NCBI RefSeq assembly: GCF_044704955.1
Contig: NW_027254113.1
Location: forward strand, 1 to 64,000
From: Pristiophorus japonicus
Taxonomy: Eukaryota
Length of the DNA: 64,000 nucleotides
Reading direction: 5' to 3'
The translations under genes and the position numbers were made by a program. The notes beneath the pieces were generated by a model. That model worked only from the letters and a program-made list of their open reading frames with translations. It did no database searches and was not told the DNA's origin. Numbering within the stretch: position 1 is the stretch's first letter; each line of letters starts with the position of its first letter. This document shows positions 37,452-48,887 of the stretch, one piece after another.

Positions 37452-37747
37452 ATTCTCAGCATTTTTCATTCCATTTCACAATTTAACCGGTTCTCTGGCA
37501 AACTGATCCTGAGATAAATGGAATAACGTCCCACACCTTTCAACACTGACAGTTTATTCTCATTTTTATTAATCTGCAATATTCACGATACATCCGTTTC
37601 AAAAATCGCAAACATCAGTCAAAGTTGCGACAGTGATTCAACCTGTATATCCCTCGAGATGTCTAAGGCATCTGTGCATGCCCGTTGGTGCGTGCAAATC
37701 TTTGGTTATGTGTGTGTGTGTCTCTGTGTCTCTCTATCTCTATATAT

Positions 37748-38393
37748 GGCATGTTCGCCTTCATAGCTGGGTGATTTGAGTATAGGAGCAGGGATGTCTT
37801 ACTGCAGTTGTACAGGGCCTTGGTGAGGCCATACCTGGAATGTTGTGTTCAGTTTTGGTCCCCGAATCTGAGAAAGGACGTACTTGCTATTGAGGGATTA
37901 CAGCGAAGGTTCACCAGCATGATTCCCGGGATGGCAGGATTGACATCTGAGGAGAGACTGGATCAACTGGACTGGTATCCACTGGAGTTTAGAAGAATGA
38001 GAGGGGATCACACAGAAACATATAAAATTCTGACGAGATTGGACAACTTAGAGACTGGAAGAATGTTCTCGTTGCTGGGGTGTTTGAGACCAAGGATTAA
38101 ATTCTAAAAATAAGGGGTAAGCCATTTATGACCGAGATGAGGAGAAACTTCTTCACTCAGAGAGTGGTTAACCTGTGAAATTTTCTACCGCAGAAAGTCG
38201 TTGAGGCCAGTTCGTTAGATATAATCAAAAGGGAGTTAGATATGGCCCTTATGGCTAAAGAGATCAAGGGGCATGGAGAGAAAGCAGGAAATGGGTACAG
38301 AGGTTGAATGATGAGCCATGATCTTATTGAATGGTGGTGCAGGTTCGAAGGGCCGAATGTCATATTCCTGCACCTAATTTCTATGTTTCTATG
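37748..38393 (+). mobile_element. CR1 3' fragment within array unit
   Basis: QFWSPNLRKDVLAIEG motif; CR1 tail. Confidence 0.88.
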
Positions 38394-38916
38394 TTGATGC
38401 GTGTATATTTTTGCTTATTGTGTGTGCGTGTATCTGTGTATGTCTATCTGTATGTATGTATCTGTGTATGTGCAAATGTCTGTGGAAATCATCACCATGA
38501 ATTTGGTACGTCCTGGAACTTTTAAAAAAACTTGGGGAAATAATACGGTTGTGAACTTTGGTTCAGTGGCTCCATTCTCGACTGAAGCAGGAGGTTGTGT
38601 GTGTAAGTCCCACTCCTGAGACTTGAAAACATCATCTTGGATGACAGTCAAATGCATTATTTGGGGAATGTTGCATTGTTGAAGCTGTTGACCATCGGCT
38701 GAAATTTTAAATTGAAGCTCCATCTGCCCCCTCGGGTGTATGTGAAAGTTCCCAGAGCCTTAGTCGAAAAAGAATCGGAGAGCTGCACCCGTGTCAATAT
38801 TACGAAAAATGTTCGTAAATGCTCCCTGAAATCCAATGTGTCTGTGTGTCACTGTGGGGGTGCAGCTGAAGCCCAGATTCTCACCGAGGTAGAGACCAAC
38901 CACTGACATGATCACG

Positions 38917-38999
38917 ACCAGGATGGCCGAGGGGTAAAGGCGTTAGACTTAAGATGTAATGGGTTTATACCCACGTGGGTTCAACCCCGCCTTCTGGTA
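38917..38999 (+). tRNA. tRNA-Leu(TAA)-like pseudogene
   Basis: ACCAGGATGGCCGAGGGGTAAAGGCGTTAGACTTAAGATGTAATGG...CTGGTA. Confidence 0.72.
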
Positions 39000-40183
39000 A
39001 TTCCTTAATTAAACAGAGATTTTTCCCATCCTGCTCAGTGATACCCGATTTTCATCTGCTGAATCACCAATTTTCTGTAACTATGTGACACTCTGAGCCG
39101 AAAAAGAAATGAAATTTTGAAATGTATCTGTGTCACTCTCTCTCTTTAGAGAGCTGTGTTTGTGTTTTCGTGTTTGAGTCTTTGTCTCTCTCTCTGTCTA
39201 CCTCTCTCTGACCCACTCTGTTTGTCCCTGTTTCTCTGTTTGTCTCTGTCTCTCAATCTGTCTCTTTCTCACGGTGTCTAGTTCTGTTGCCATGGGATTC
39301 TCTCAGACTCTCTGTCTGACTGTCTCTTTCTGTCCCGTTATCTCTGTCTGTCCATGTCTTTGCCTGTCTCTGTTAGTCCCTGTCTCTAACCTGATAAGTA
39401 TTTCCATTATTTTCTGTTTTTATCTCTATGTCTCTCTCTCTCTATCTGTCTTTCCCTCGATCTGTCGCCCTCTTTGTCTCTCTTTTTGTCCCTCTTTTTC
39501 TCTGTCATTCCATAACTATCTGCCTCCCTCTCTTTATGGAGCATGCAAATACATCTCTGTGCACGTCTGTGTTTGAGTCTTTTTCTCATTCAGTCTGATC
39601 CTCCCTTTCAGTCTCAAACTTTATTTCTCTCTTTGTCTCTACCTCGCTATCTGTCTCTCCTCGTTTCCCTGTTTGTCTCTGGTTCTCAATGTGTCTGTCA
39701 CTTTCTCACGGTGTCCAGTTCTGTTCGAATGAGATTCTCTCAGTCTCTCTGTCTGACTGTCTCACTCTTTCCCATCATCTCTGTCTGTCTATCTTTTCTG
39801 CCTATCTGTCTCTCTTTGCCTGTCGCTGGTAGTTCCTGTCTCTAACCTGCTGAGTATTTCCATCATTTTCTGTTTATATCTTTGCCTCTCTCCCAATCTG
39901 TCGCTGTCTCTCTATCTGTCTCTCTCCTTGTCACTCTCTTTATCATTGTCTTTCTTTCACTTTTTCCCTCTCTCTCTTTATTGATCACACACACACATCT
40001 CTTTATATGTAGGTGTTTGAGTCTTTTTCTCAGAGTCTGCTTGACTTTTCAGTCTCACCCTTTCTGTCTCTCGTTGTCTCTCTCTCGCTATCTGTCTCTC
40101 CCTGTTTGTCGGTTTGTCTCTGTCTCTCAAAGTGTCTGTCGACTTCTGTTCACAGCTCGATAACTGCTTTGCCACAACCCGTA

Positions 40184-40255
40184 TTCTCGTCCGCATAGTG
40201 GTGAGTATCCCCGCCTGTTACGTTGAAGAACCGGGTTCAATTCCCCAATGAAAAA
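40184..40255 (+). tRNA. tRNA-Asp-derived pseudogene (anticodon GTT)
   Basis: TTCTCGTCCGCATAGTGGTGAGTATCCCCGCCTGTTACG...GGGTTCAATTCCCC; acceptor stem broken. Confidence 0.65.
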
Positions 40256-40474
40256 GCAGCTTTTTCAAAATGTCGAATTTTACTTCTGTTTCTTGGAAAA
40301 GATTCGTATTAAAAAGTTTCAGAGCAATATGGAACAGTAAAGATATAGCAAGAGGAGATTGACTCTTCCAGATTTTTTGCAAACGGAGACTTTTTCAGGA
40401 TTTTGTGGCCGTCTGCTGCACAGAGATGGATGACTGAGTTTTTTCTGAGTAACGTTTAAAGTGCCAGAGACGCA

Positions 40475-40556
40475 GTAGTTGTGGCTGAGTGGTTAACGCG
40501 ATTTTCTAGAAATCCTTTGGGTTTACCCCGCGCAGGAACGAATCCTGCCGGCTCTG
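40475..40556 (+). tRNA. tRNA-Ser(AGA)-like pseudogene
   Basis: GTAGTTGTGGCTGAGTGGTTAACGCG...CTAGAAATCC...GCGCAGGAACGAATCCTGCC. Confidence 0.7.
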
Positions 40557-41089
40557 ATTCTCAGCATTTTTCATTCCATTTTATAATTTAACCAGGTTTT
40601 TGCAAAACCGTTCCTAAGATAGGCGGAAGAACGTCCCACACCTTTCAACACTGAAATCTATTTCTCATTGTTATGCAATATCTCAATATCTGCAATATTC
40701 AGGATGCATACAGATAGAAAAACGCAAAAATCAGCCAAAGTAGCGAAAGTGATTCAGCCTGTCTATCCCTCTATATGTATAAGGCATCTGTGCATGTCCG
40801 TTGGTGCATGTATATTTTTGTTTATGTGTGTGTGTGTGTGTCTCTGTGTCTGTCTATCTGTATCTATGTCTCTGTGTATGTGCAACTGTCTGTGGAAATC
40901 ATCACCATGAATTTGGTATGTTCTGGAACTTTTAAAAAAGACTTGGGGAAAATAATACGGTTGTGAACTTTGGTATTGGCTTTCGTTCAGTGGCAGCATC
41001 CTTGACTGAAAAACGCAAAAGCCAGCCAAAGTAGCGACAGTGACGCTGCCTGTCTATCCATCTATTTGTCTAAGGCAACCTATGTATAT

Positions 41090-41800
41090 CTTGATCTGGG
41101 TGTCATGGTACATCAGTCATTGATTGTTGGTATGCAGGTGCAGAAGGCGGTAAAGAAGCCAAATGGCATGTTCGCCTTCATAGCGAGGGGATTTGAGTAT
41201 AGTTGCAGGGAGGTCTTACTGCAATTGTACAGGGCCTTGGTGAGGCCACACGTTAAATACTGCGTTCAGTTTTGGTCTCCAAATCTGAGGAAGGACGTCC
41301 TTGCTATTGAGGGAACACAGCGAAGGTTCACCAGCATGATTCCCGGAATGGCAGGGCTGACATATGAGGAGAGACTGGATCAACTGGGCTGGTATCCACT
41401 GGAGTTTAGAAGAATGAGTGGGGATCTCATAGAAACATATAAAATTCTGACGAGATTGGACAGCTTCGAGGCTGGAAGAATGTTCTCGTTGCTGGGGTGT
41501 TCAAGACCAAGGATGACAGTCTAAGAATAAGGTGTAAGCAATTTAGGACCGAGATGAGGAGAAACTTTTTCATTCAGAGCGTGGTTAACCTGTGAAATTT
41601 TCCACCGCAGAATGACGTTGAGGCCAGTTCGTTAGATATATTCAAAAGGGCCCTTACGGCTAAAGGGATCAAGGGGTATGGAGAGAAAGTAGGAATGGGG
41701 TACTGAGGTTGAATGATGAGCCATGATCTTATTGAATGGTGGTGCAGGCTCGAAGGGCCGAATGGCATATTCCTGCACCTAATTTCTATGTTTCTATGTT
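41090..41800 (+). mobile_element. CR1 3' fragment within array unit
   Basis: DLGVMVHQSL...RPHVKYCVQFWSP motifs; CR1 tail. Confidence 0.88.
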
Positions 41801-42321
41801 GATGCGTGTATATCTTTGGTTATTGTGTTTGTATGTGTCTGTGTATGTCTATCTGTATGTATGTCTCTGTGTACGTGCAACTCTTTGTGGAAATCATCAC
41901 CATGAATTTAGTACGTCCTGGAACTTTTAAAAAAACTTGCGGAAAATAATACGGTTGTGATCTCTGATATCGGTTTTGGTTCAGTGGCTCCATTCTCGAC
42001 TGAATCAGGAGGTTGTGTGTGTAAGTCCCACTTCTGAGACTTGGCTGACACTCAAATGCAGTACTTGGGGAATGTTGCATTGTTGAAGCTGTTGACCATC
42101 GGCTGAAATTTTAAATTGAAGCTCCATCTGCACCATCGGGTGGATGTGAAAGTTCCCAGAGCCTTAGTCGAAAAAGAATAGGAAAGTTGCGCCCGTGTCA
42201 ATATGACGAAAAATGTTCATAAATGCTCCCTGAAATCCTATGTGTCTATGTGTCGCTGTGGGCGTGGAGCTGAAGCTCAGATTCTCACAGAGGCAGAGTC
42301 CAACTACTGACAGGATCAGGA

Positions 42322-42404
42322 CCCAGGATGGCCGAGTGGTAAATGTGTTGGACTTAAGATCTAATGGGTTTATACCCGCGTGGGTTTGAACCCCAGTCCT
42401 GGTA
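42322..42404 (+). tRNA. tRNA-Leu(TAA)-like pseudogene
   Basis: CCCAGGATGGCCGAGTGGTAAATGTGTTGGACTTAAGATCTAATGG...GGTTTGAACCCCAGTCCTGGTA. Confidence 0.72.
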
Positions 42405-43290
42405 ATTCCTTAATTAAACATAGATTTTTCCAATCCTGCTCAGTGATACACGATTCTCAAATGCTGAATCTCCAATTTTCTGTAACGATATGACACTCTG
42501 AGCCGATAATGAAATGAAATTGTGAAATGTATCTGTGTCGCTCGGTCTCTGCCGCTCTCTCTCTTTAGAGAGCTGTGTTTGTGTTTGTGTGTTTGAGTCT
42601 TTGTCTCTCTCAGTCTGCCTCTCTCTGACACACTCTGTCTGTCCCTGTTTCTCTGTTTGTCTCTGTCTCTCAATCTGTCTCTTTCTCACGGTGTCTAGTT
42701 CTGTTGCAAAGGGATTTTCTCAGACTCTCTGTCTGACTGTCTCTCTCTGTCCCATTATTTCTGTCTGTCCATGTCTTTGCCTGTCGCTGTTAGTCCCTGA
42801 CTCTAACCTGATAAGTATTTCCATTATTTTCTGTTTTTGTCTCTATGACTCTTCTCCCTCTCTCTCTCTCTGTCTTTCTCTCTATTTGTCTCCCTCTTTG
42901 TCTCTCTCTTTGTCCCTGTCCTTTTCTCTGTCATTCCATCGCTATTTGCCACCCTCTCTTTATGGAGCACGCAAATACATCTCTGTGTATGTATGTGTTT
43001 GAGTATTTTTCACATTCAGTCTGATCCTCCCTTTCAGACTCAAAGTTTATGTCTCTCTTTGTCTCTATCTCACTGTCTGTCTATCCCTGTTTCCCTGTTT
43101 CACACACGCATCTGTAGGTGTTTGAGTCTTTTTCTCGCTGACTCTGACTGTCTTTTCAGTCTCACCCTTTCTGTCTCTCGTTGTCTCTCTCTCGTTGTCT
43201 GCCTATCCCTGTTTATCGGTTTGTCTCTGTCGATCAATGTTTCTGTCGACTTCTGTTCACAGCTCGATTACTGCTCTGACGCAACCCGTT

Positions 43291-43362
43291 CCCTCGTCCA
43301 TCTCGTGCCGATTATGCCCCCCTTTTACGCGGGAGAATCAGGTTCAATTCCCCGATGGAAAA
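43291..43362 (+). tRNA. tRNA-Asp-derived pseudogene, highly degenerate
   Basis: CCCTCGTCC...ACGCGGGAGAATCAGGTTCAATTCCCCGATGG, same flanks as the other Asp copies. Confidence 0.55.
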
Positions 43363-44312
43363 GCAGCTTTTTCAAAATGTCGAATTTTACTTCTGTTTCT
43401 TGGTTTGGATTCATATTAAAAAGTTCCACAGCAATATAGAACAGTAAAAATACAGCAAGAGGAGATTGCCTCTTACAGATCTTTTGCAAACGGAGACTTT
43501 TTCTGGATTCTGTGGCCGTCTGTTGCACAGAGATGGATGACTGAGTATTTTCTGTTTTTGTCTCTATGTCTCTCTCTGTCTTTCTGTCTTTCTCTCTATC
43601 TGTCTCCCTCTTTTTCTCTATCTTTGTCCCTGTCCTTTTCTCTGTCATTCCATCGCTAATTGCCTCCCTCTCTTTTTGGAGCACGCAAATACATCTCTGT
43701 GTATGTATGTGTTTGAGTCTTTTTCTCATTCAGTCTGATCCTCCCTTTCAGTCTCAAACTTTCTGTCTCTCTTTGTCTCTATCTCACTGTCTGTCTCTCC
43801 ATGTTTCCCTGTTTGTCTCTGGTTCTGAATGTGTCTGTCTCTTTCTCACGGTGCCCAGTTCTGATCGAAAGGGATTCACTCAGTCTCTCTGTCTGACTGT
43901 CTCACTCTTTTCCATCATCTCTGTCACTCTATGTTTCTGCCTGTCTGTCTCTCTTTGCCTGTCGCTGGTAGTTTCTACCTCTAACCTGCTGAGTATTTCC
44001 ATCATTTTCTGTTTATATCTGTCTCTCTCTCTATCTGTCGCTCTCTCTCTATCTGTCTCTCTACTTGTCACTGTCTTTCTCTCACTCTTTCCCTCTCTCT
44101 ATATATAGATCACACACACCTATCTCTGTATATGTAGGTGTTTGAGTCTTTTTCTCACTGAGTCTGCCTCACTTTTCAGTCTCACCCTTTCTGTCTCGCG
44201 TTGTCTCTCTCTCTCGATGTCTGTCTATCCCTGTTTGTCGGTTTGTCTCTGTCGATCAATGTTTCTGTCGACTTCTGTTCACAGCTGGATTACTGCACTA
44301 ACGCAACCCATA

Positions 44313-44384
44313 CCCTCGTCCGTATAGTGGTGATTATCCCCGCTAGTTATGCGGGAGAACAGGGTTCAATTTCCCGACGGCGCA
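44313..44384 (+). tRNA. tRNA-Asp-derived pseudogene (anticodon GTT)
   Basis: CCCTCGTCCGTATAGTGGTGATTATCCCCGCTAGTTATGCGGGAGAACAGGGTTCAATTTCCCGACGG. Confidence 0.65.
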
Positions 44385-44602
44385 GTAGTTTTTTCAAAAT
44401 GTCGAATTTTACTTCAGTTTCTTGGTATAGATTTTATTAAAATGTTCCAGAGCAATATAGAACAGTAAAAATACAGCAAGAGGAGATTGCCTCTTCCAGA
44501 TTTTTTGCAAACGGAGACTTTTTCAGGATTCTGTGGCCGTCTGCTGCACAGAGATGGACGACTGAGTTTTTTCTGAGTAACATTTAATGTGCCAGAGACG
44601 CA

Positions 44603-44684
44603 GTAATTGTGGCAGAGTGGTTAAAGCGATGGACTAGAAACACTTTGGGTTTTCTGCGCGTAGGTTAGAATCCTGCCGACTACG
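44603..44684 (+). tRNA. tRNA-Ser(AGA)-like pseudogene
   Basis: GTAATTGTGGCAGAGTGGTTAAAGCGATGGACTAGAAA...AGGTTAGAATCCTGCCGACTACG. Confidence 0.72.
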
Positions 44685-45199
44685 ATTGTCAACATTTTTC
44701 ATTCCATTTTACAATTTAACCAGGTTTTGGCAAAACTGATCCTGAGATAGATGGAATAACGTCCCACACCTTTCAACACTGACATTTTTTTCACATTTCT
44801 ATTAGTCTGCAATATTCACGATACATACGGATAGAAAAATGCAAAAATCAGCCAAAGTCGTGATTCAGCCTGTCTATCCCTCGATATGTCTAAGGCATCT
44901 GTGTCTGTCCGTTGGTGCATGTATATTTTTGGTTATGTGTGTGTGTGTGTCTCTGTGTCTGTCTATCTGTATATATGTCTCTGTGTATGTGCAACTGTCT
45001 GTGGAAATCATCACCATGAATTTGGTATGTCCTGGAACTTTTTCAAAAGACTTGGACAAAATAATACGTTTGTGAACTTTTGCATTGGCTTTGGTTCAGT
45101 GGCAGCATTCTCGAAGGAAAAACGCAAAGGCCAGCCAAAGTAGCGACAGTGACCCTGCCTGTCTATCCGTCTATTTGTCTAAGGCACTCTGTGTATATC

Positions 45200-45926
45200 T
45201 TGATCTGGGTGTCATGCTACATCTGTCATTGAAAGTGGGCATGCAAGTGCAACAGGCGGTGAAGAAGGCAAATGGCATGTTCGCCTTCATAGCTAGGTGC
45301 TTTGAATATAGGAGCAGGGAAGTCTTCCTGCAGTTGTACAGGGCCTTGGTGAAGCCACACGTTAAATATTCTGTTAGTTTTGGTCTCCAAATCTGAGGAA
45401 GGACGTCCTTGCTATGGATGGAGCACAGGGATGGTTCACCAGCTTGATTCCAGGGAGGGCAGGACTAACATATGAGGCTAGACTGGATCAACTCTGCTGG
45501 TATCCACTGGAGTTTAGAAGAATGAGAGGGGATCTCATAGAAACATATAAAATTCTGACGAGATTGGACAAGTGAGAGGCAGGAAGAATGTTTCTGTTGC
45601 TGGGGAGTTCGAGAACCAGGGGTCACAGTCTAAGAATAAGGGGTAAGCCATTTAGGACCAAGATGAGGAGAAACAGCTTCATTCAGAGAGTGGTTAACCT
45701 GTGGAATTCTCTACCGCAGTAAGTTGTTGAAGCCAGTTCGTTAGATATATTGAAGAGGGAGTCAGATATGGCCCTTACGGCTCAAGGGATCAAGGGATAT
45801 GGAGAGAAAGGAGGATATAGGTACTGAGGTTGAATGATCAGCCATGATCTTATTGAATGGTGGTGCAGGCTCGAAGGGCCAACGGCCTACTCCTGCAACT
45901 AATTTCTATGTTTCTATGTTTCTATG
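45200..45926 (+). mobile_element. CR1 3' fragment within array unit
   Basis: Same 5' breakpoint (CTTGATCTGGGTGTCATG) as the 41090 copy; CR1 tail. Confidence 0.88.
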
Positions 45927-46269
45927 TTGATGCGTGTATATTTTTGGTTATTTTATGTGTGTGTGTGTCTGTGTATGTCTATCTTTTTGTATGTCTCTGT
46001 GTATGTGCAACTGTCGATGGAAATCATCACCAAGAATTTGGTATGTCCTGGAACTTTTTAAAAAACTTGTGGAAAATAATACGGTTGTGATCTTTGGTAT
46101 CGGCTTTGTTTCAGTGGCTCCATTCAAAAGGTCGTGTGTGTAAATCCCTCTCCTGAGACTTGAGCGCATCATCTTGGCTGACACTCAAATGCAGTACTTA
46201 GGGAATTTTGCACCTCTTTTATGTCTTTCTCTCTCTATATGTCTATAAATGTCTTAATCTTACTCCCTC

Positions 46270-47158
46270 GATTCAAATCTAGATCATTGATATATACCAC
46301 AAAAATCAAGGGACCCATGACTGAGCCCTGCAGAACCCCACTGGAAACATCCTTCCAGTCAAAAAACATCCATCATTCATTAGCCTTTGCTTCCTACCTC
46401 AAAGGCAATTTTGGATCCAACTTGCTACTTTGCTCTGGATCCCATGGGCTTTAACCTTCGTGACCGGTCTACCATGTGGGATCTTATCAAAAGCTTTGCT
46501 AAAGGCCAAATACACTATATTGTATGCAGTACCCTCATCGACCCTCTTGGTTGAATTTTGTGAGGAGGTAATCAGGTTCGTCAAACACAATCTTCCCTTT
46601 ACAAATCTCTGCTGACTGTCCCTAATTAGTCCTTGCCTTTCTAAATGTAGATTTATCCTCCAATAATTTTCAAATAATTTTCCACCACTGAGGTTAGGCT
46701 GACAGGCTTGTAATTACTCGGCCGATTCCTTTCTCCCTTCTTAAACAAGGGTACCACATTAGCAGTCCTCTGGCACCATGCCCAAATCCAAATAGGACTG
46801 GAAAATGATGGTCAAGGGATCTGCTATTTCCTCTTTTACTTCACTCAACAGCCTGGGATGCATTTCATCTGGGCCTGGGGAATTTTCTACTTCCAAAGCT
46901 GCTAAACCCCTTAATAATCCTCTCTCACTGTTTATTTCATCCAGAATTTCAAACTCCTCCTCGATAACAGTATCTGCATTGCCCCTTTCCTTTGTGAAAA
47001 CAAGATGCAAAGTATTCATTAAGAATCATAACAACATCTTCCGCCTCCACACAAAGATTACCTTCATGGTCTCTAATAGGCCCTACCCTTTCTTTAGTTA
47101 TCCTCTTGCTCTTAATATATTTATCGAATTTCTTTGGGCTTTCCTTAAGTTTACTAAC
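46270..47158 (-). mobile_element. CR1 LINE, RT part of the host of the Gypsy insertion
   Basis: YLAFSKAFDKIPH and NSPGPDEMHPRLL motifs; continues at 52991. Confidence 0.88.
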
Positions 47159-47424
47159 TGTTAAGTCCTGACTCTAATGTACTGATTTACACAAGACACA
47201 TGCTGAAGTCAAGGTCACTCAGGACCTGCACCTTTAATTCCAGGTCTCCAGTGCTGCACTTGCCTGAGATCTCCCTTTATATACCTCAGTGGGACAGGTA
47301 TGGAATGTCTCCTGCAAGTGCACCCCTGGTGGTAAGGTATGCTTATTGTTACAGGTCATATCCAGTTACAGTCATGTATAGCATGGTAAGATATAGTTAT
47401 ACACAGTAATGTGAGATACATGCA
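47159..47424 (-). repeat. 3' LTR
   Basis: About 17 differences (hand count) from 52724-52990; adjacent PPT at 47425-47436. Confidence 0.93.
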
Positions 47425-47772
47425 TCACCCTCCCCCAAGGTCTTATTGCCTTTATAGATTCAGTCTCTCGGGTGGTCTGCGCTCTCTCGTGGAGCGGCTT
47501 TGTTGTGGTTCAGTTGTTTGCCTTGGTGCCTGTTTTTCGTTCGGTGTGATTCCTGGTATCTCGCCTGGGCTGTCTGTTGAGACTGCCCTTTCTTCAGGTT
47601 GTTCCACCTGTCTGTCCACCAGGTGTGGTGTGAGTTCCATTTGATAGTCTGCCTCTGGTTCTTCAGTGTTATCAGTGAATCTACTTTTTACTTGGTCTAC
47701 ATGCCTCCACCAGGTTTGGCCATTGTCCATTTGTACAACCAGTAGCCTGTTTCCCTCTTTGTCTGTTACTGT

Positions 47773-48887
47773 TAAGGTGCTGACATGGATTGAGATCTGG
47801 TTGTCAGACAGGAAGCAAAGAGTAGGGGTAAATGGGGACTTTTCAGAATGGCAGGCAGTGACTAGTGGGGTACCGCAAGGTTCTGTGCTGGGGTCCCAGC
47901 TGTTTACACTGTACATTAATGATTTAGACGAGGGGATTAAATGTCGTATCTCCAAATTTGCGGATGACACTAAGTTGGGTGGCAGTGTGAGCTGCGAGGA
48001 GGATGCTATGAGGCTGCAGAGGGACTTGGATAGGTTAGGTGAGTGGGCAAATGCATGGCAGATGAAGTATAATGTGGATAAATGTGAGGTTATCCACTTT
48101 GGTGGTAAAAACAGAGAGACAGACTATTATCTGAATAGTGACAGATTAGGAAAAGGGGAGGTGCAAAGAGACCTGAGTGTCATGGTACATCAGTCATTGA
48201 AGGTTGGCATGCAGGTACAGCAGGCGGTTAAGAAAGCAAATGGCATGTTGGCCTTTATAGCGAGGGGATTTGAGTACAGGGGCAGGGAGGTGTTGCTACA
48301 ATTGTACAGGGTCTTGGTGAGGCCACACCTGGAGCATTGTGTACAGTTTTGGTCTCCTAACCTGAGGAAGGACATTCTTGCTATAGAGGGAGTGCAGCGA
48401 AGGTTCACCAGACTGATTCCCGGGATGGAGGGACTGACCTATCAAGAAAGACTGGATCAACTGGGCTTGTATTCACTGGAGTTCAGAAGAATGATAGGGG
48501 ACATCATAGAAACGTTTAAAATTCTGACGGGGTTAGACAGGTTAGATGCAGGAAGAATGTTTCTAATGTTGGGGAAATCCATAACCAGGGGACACAGTCT
48601 AAGGATAAGGGGGAAGCCATTTAGGACCGAGATGAGGAGGAATTTCTTCACCCAGATAGTGGTGAACCAGTGGAATTCTCTACCACAGAAAGTTGTTGAG
48701 GCCAATTCACTAAATATATTCAAAAAGGAGTTGGACGAAGTCCTTACTACTAGGGGAATCAAGGGGTATGGTGAGCAAGCAGGAATGGGGTACTGAAGTT
48801 GCATGTTCAGCCATGAACTCATTGAATGGCGGTGCAGGCTAGAAGGGCCGAATGGCCCACTCCTGCACCTATTTTCTATGTTTCTAT
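47773..48887 (+). mobile_element. CR1 3' fragment inserted in the Gypsy integrase
   Basis: Uninterrupted RT C-terminal frame; the Gypsy sequence rejoins across a GT microhomology. Confidence 0.93.

Larger units (their letters stand above)
34800..46210 (+). repeat. Tandem array of about 3.4-4-kb units carrying tRNA-Leu/Asp/Ser pseudogenes, CT-rich spacers and a CR1 3' fragment
   Basis: Shared flanks recur (CCCGTGTCAATAT at 34813, 38788, 42192); Leu-to-Leu spacing 3405 bp (38917 to 42322). Confidence 0.9.

Noticed and set aside
35140-44440. Ser/Leu/Cys-rich and Arg/Glu-rich ORFs
   Set aside because: Translations of CT/GA low-complexity spacers
34935-44684. tRNA-derived SINE heads rather than tRNA genes
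   Set aside because: Full-length tRNA bodies of three isotypes in fixed order with shared flanks and no SINE core or tail
47666-48796. 376-aa ORF as a domesticated RT gene
   Set aside because: A 5'-truncated CR1 whose frame happens to extend into antisense Gypsy sequence; no true start, near-identical to other CR1 copies
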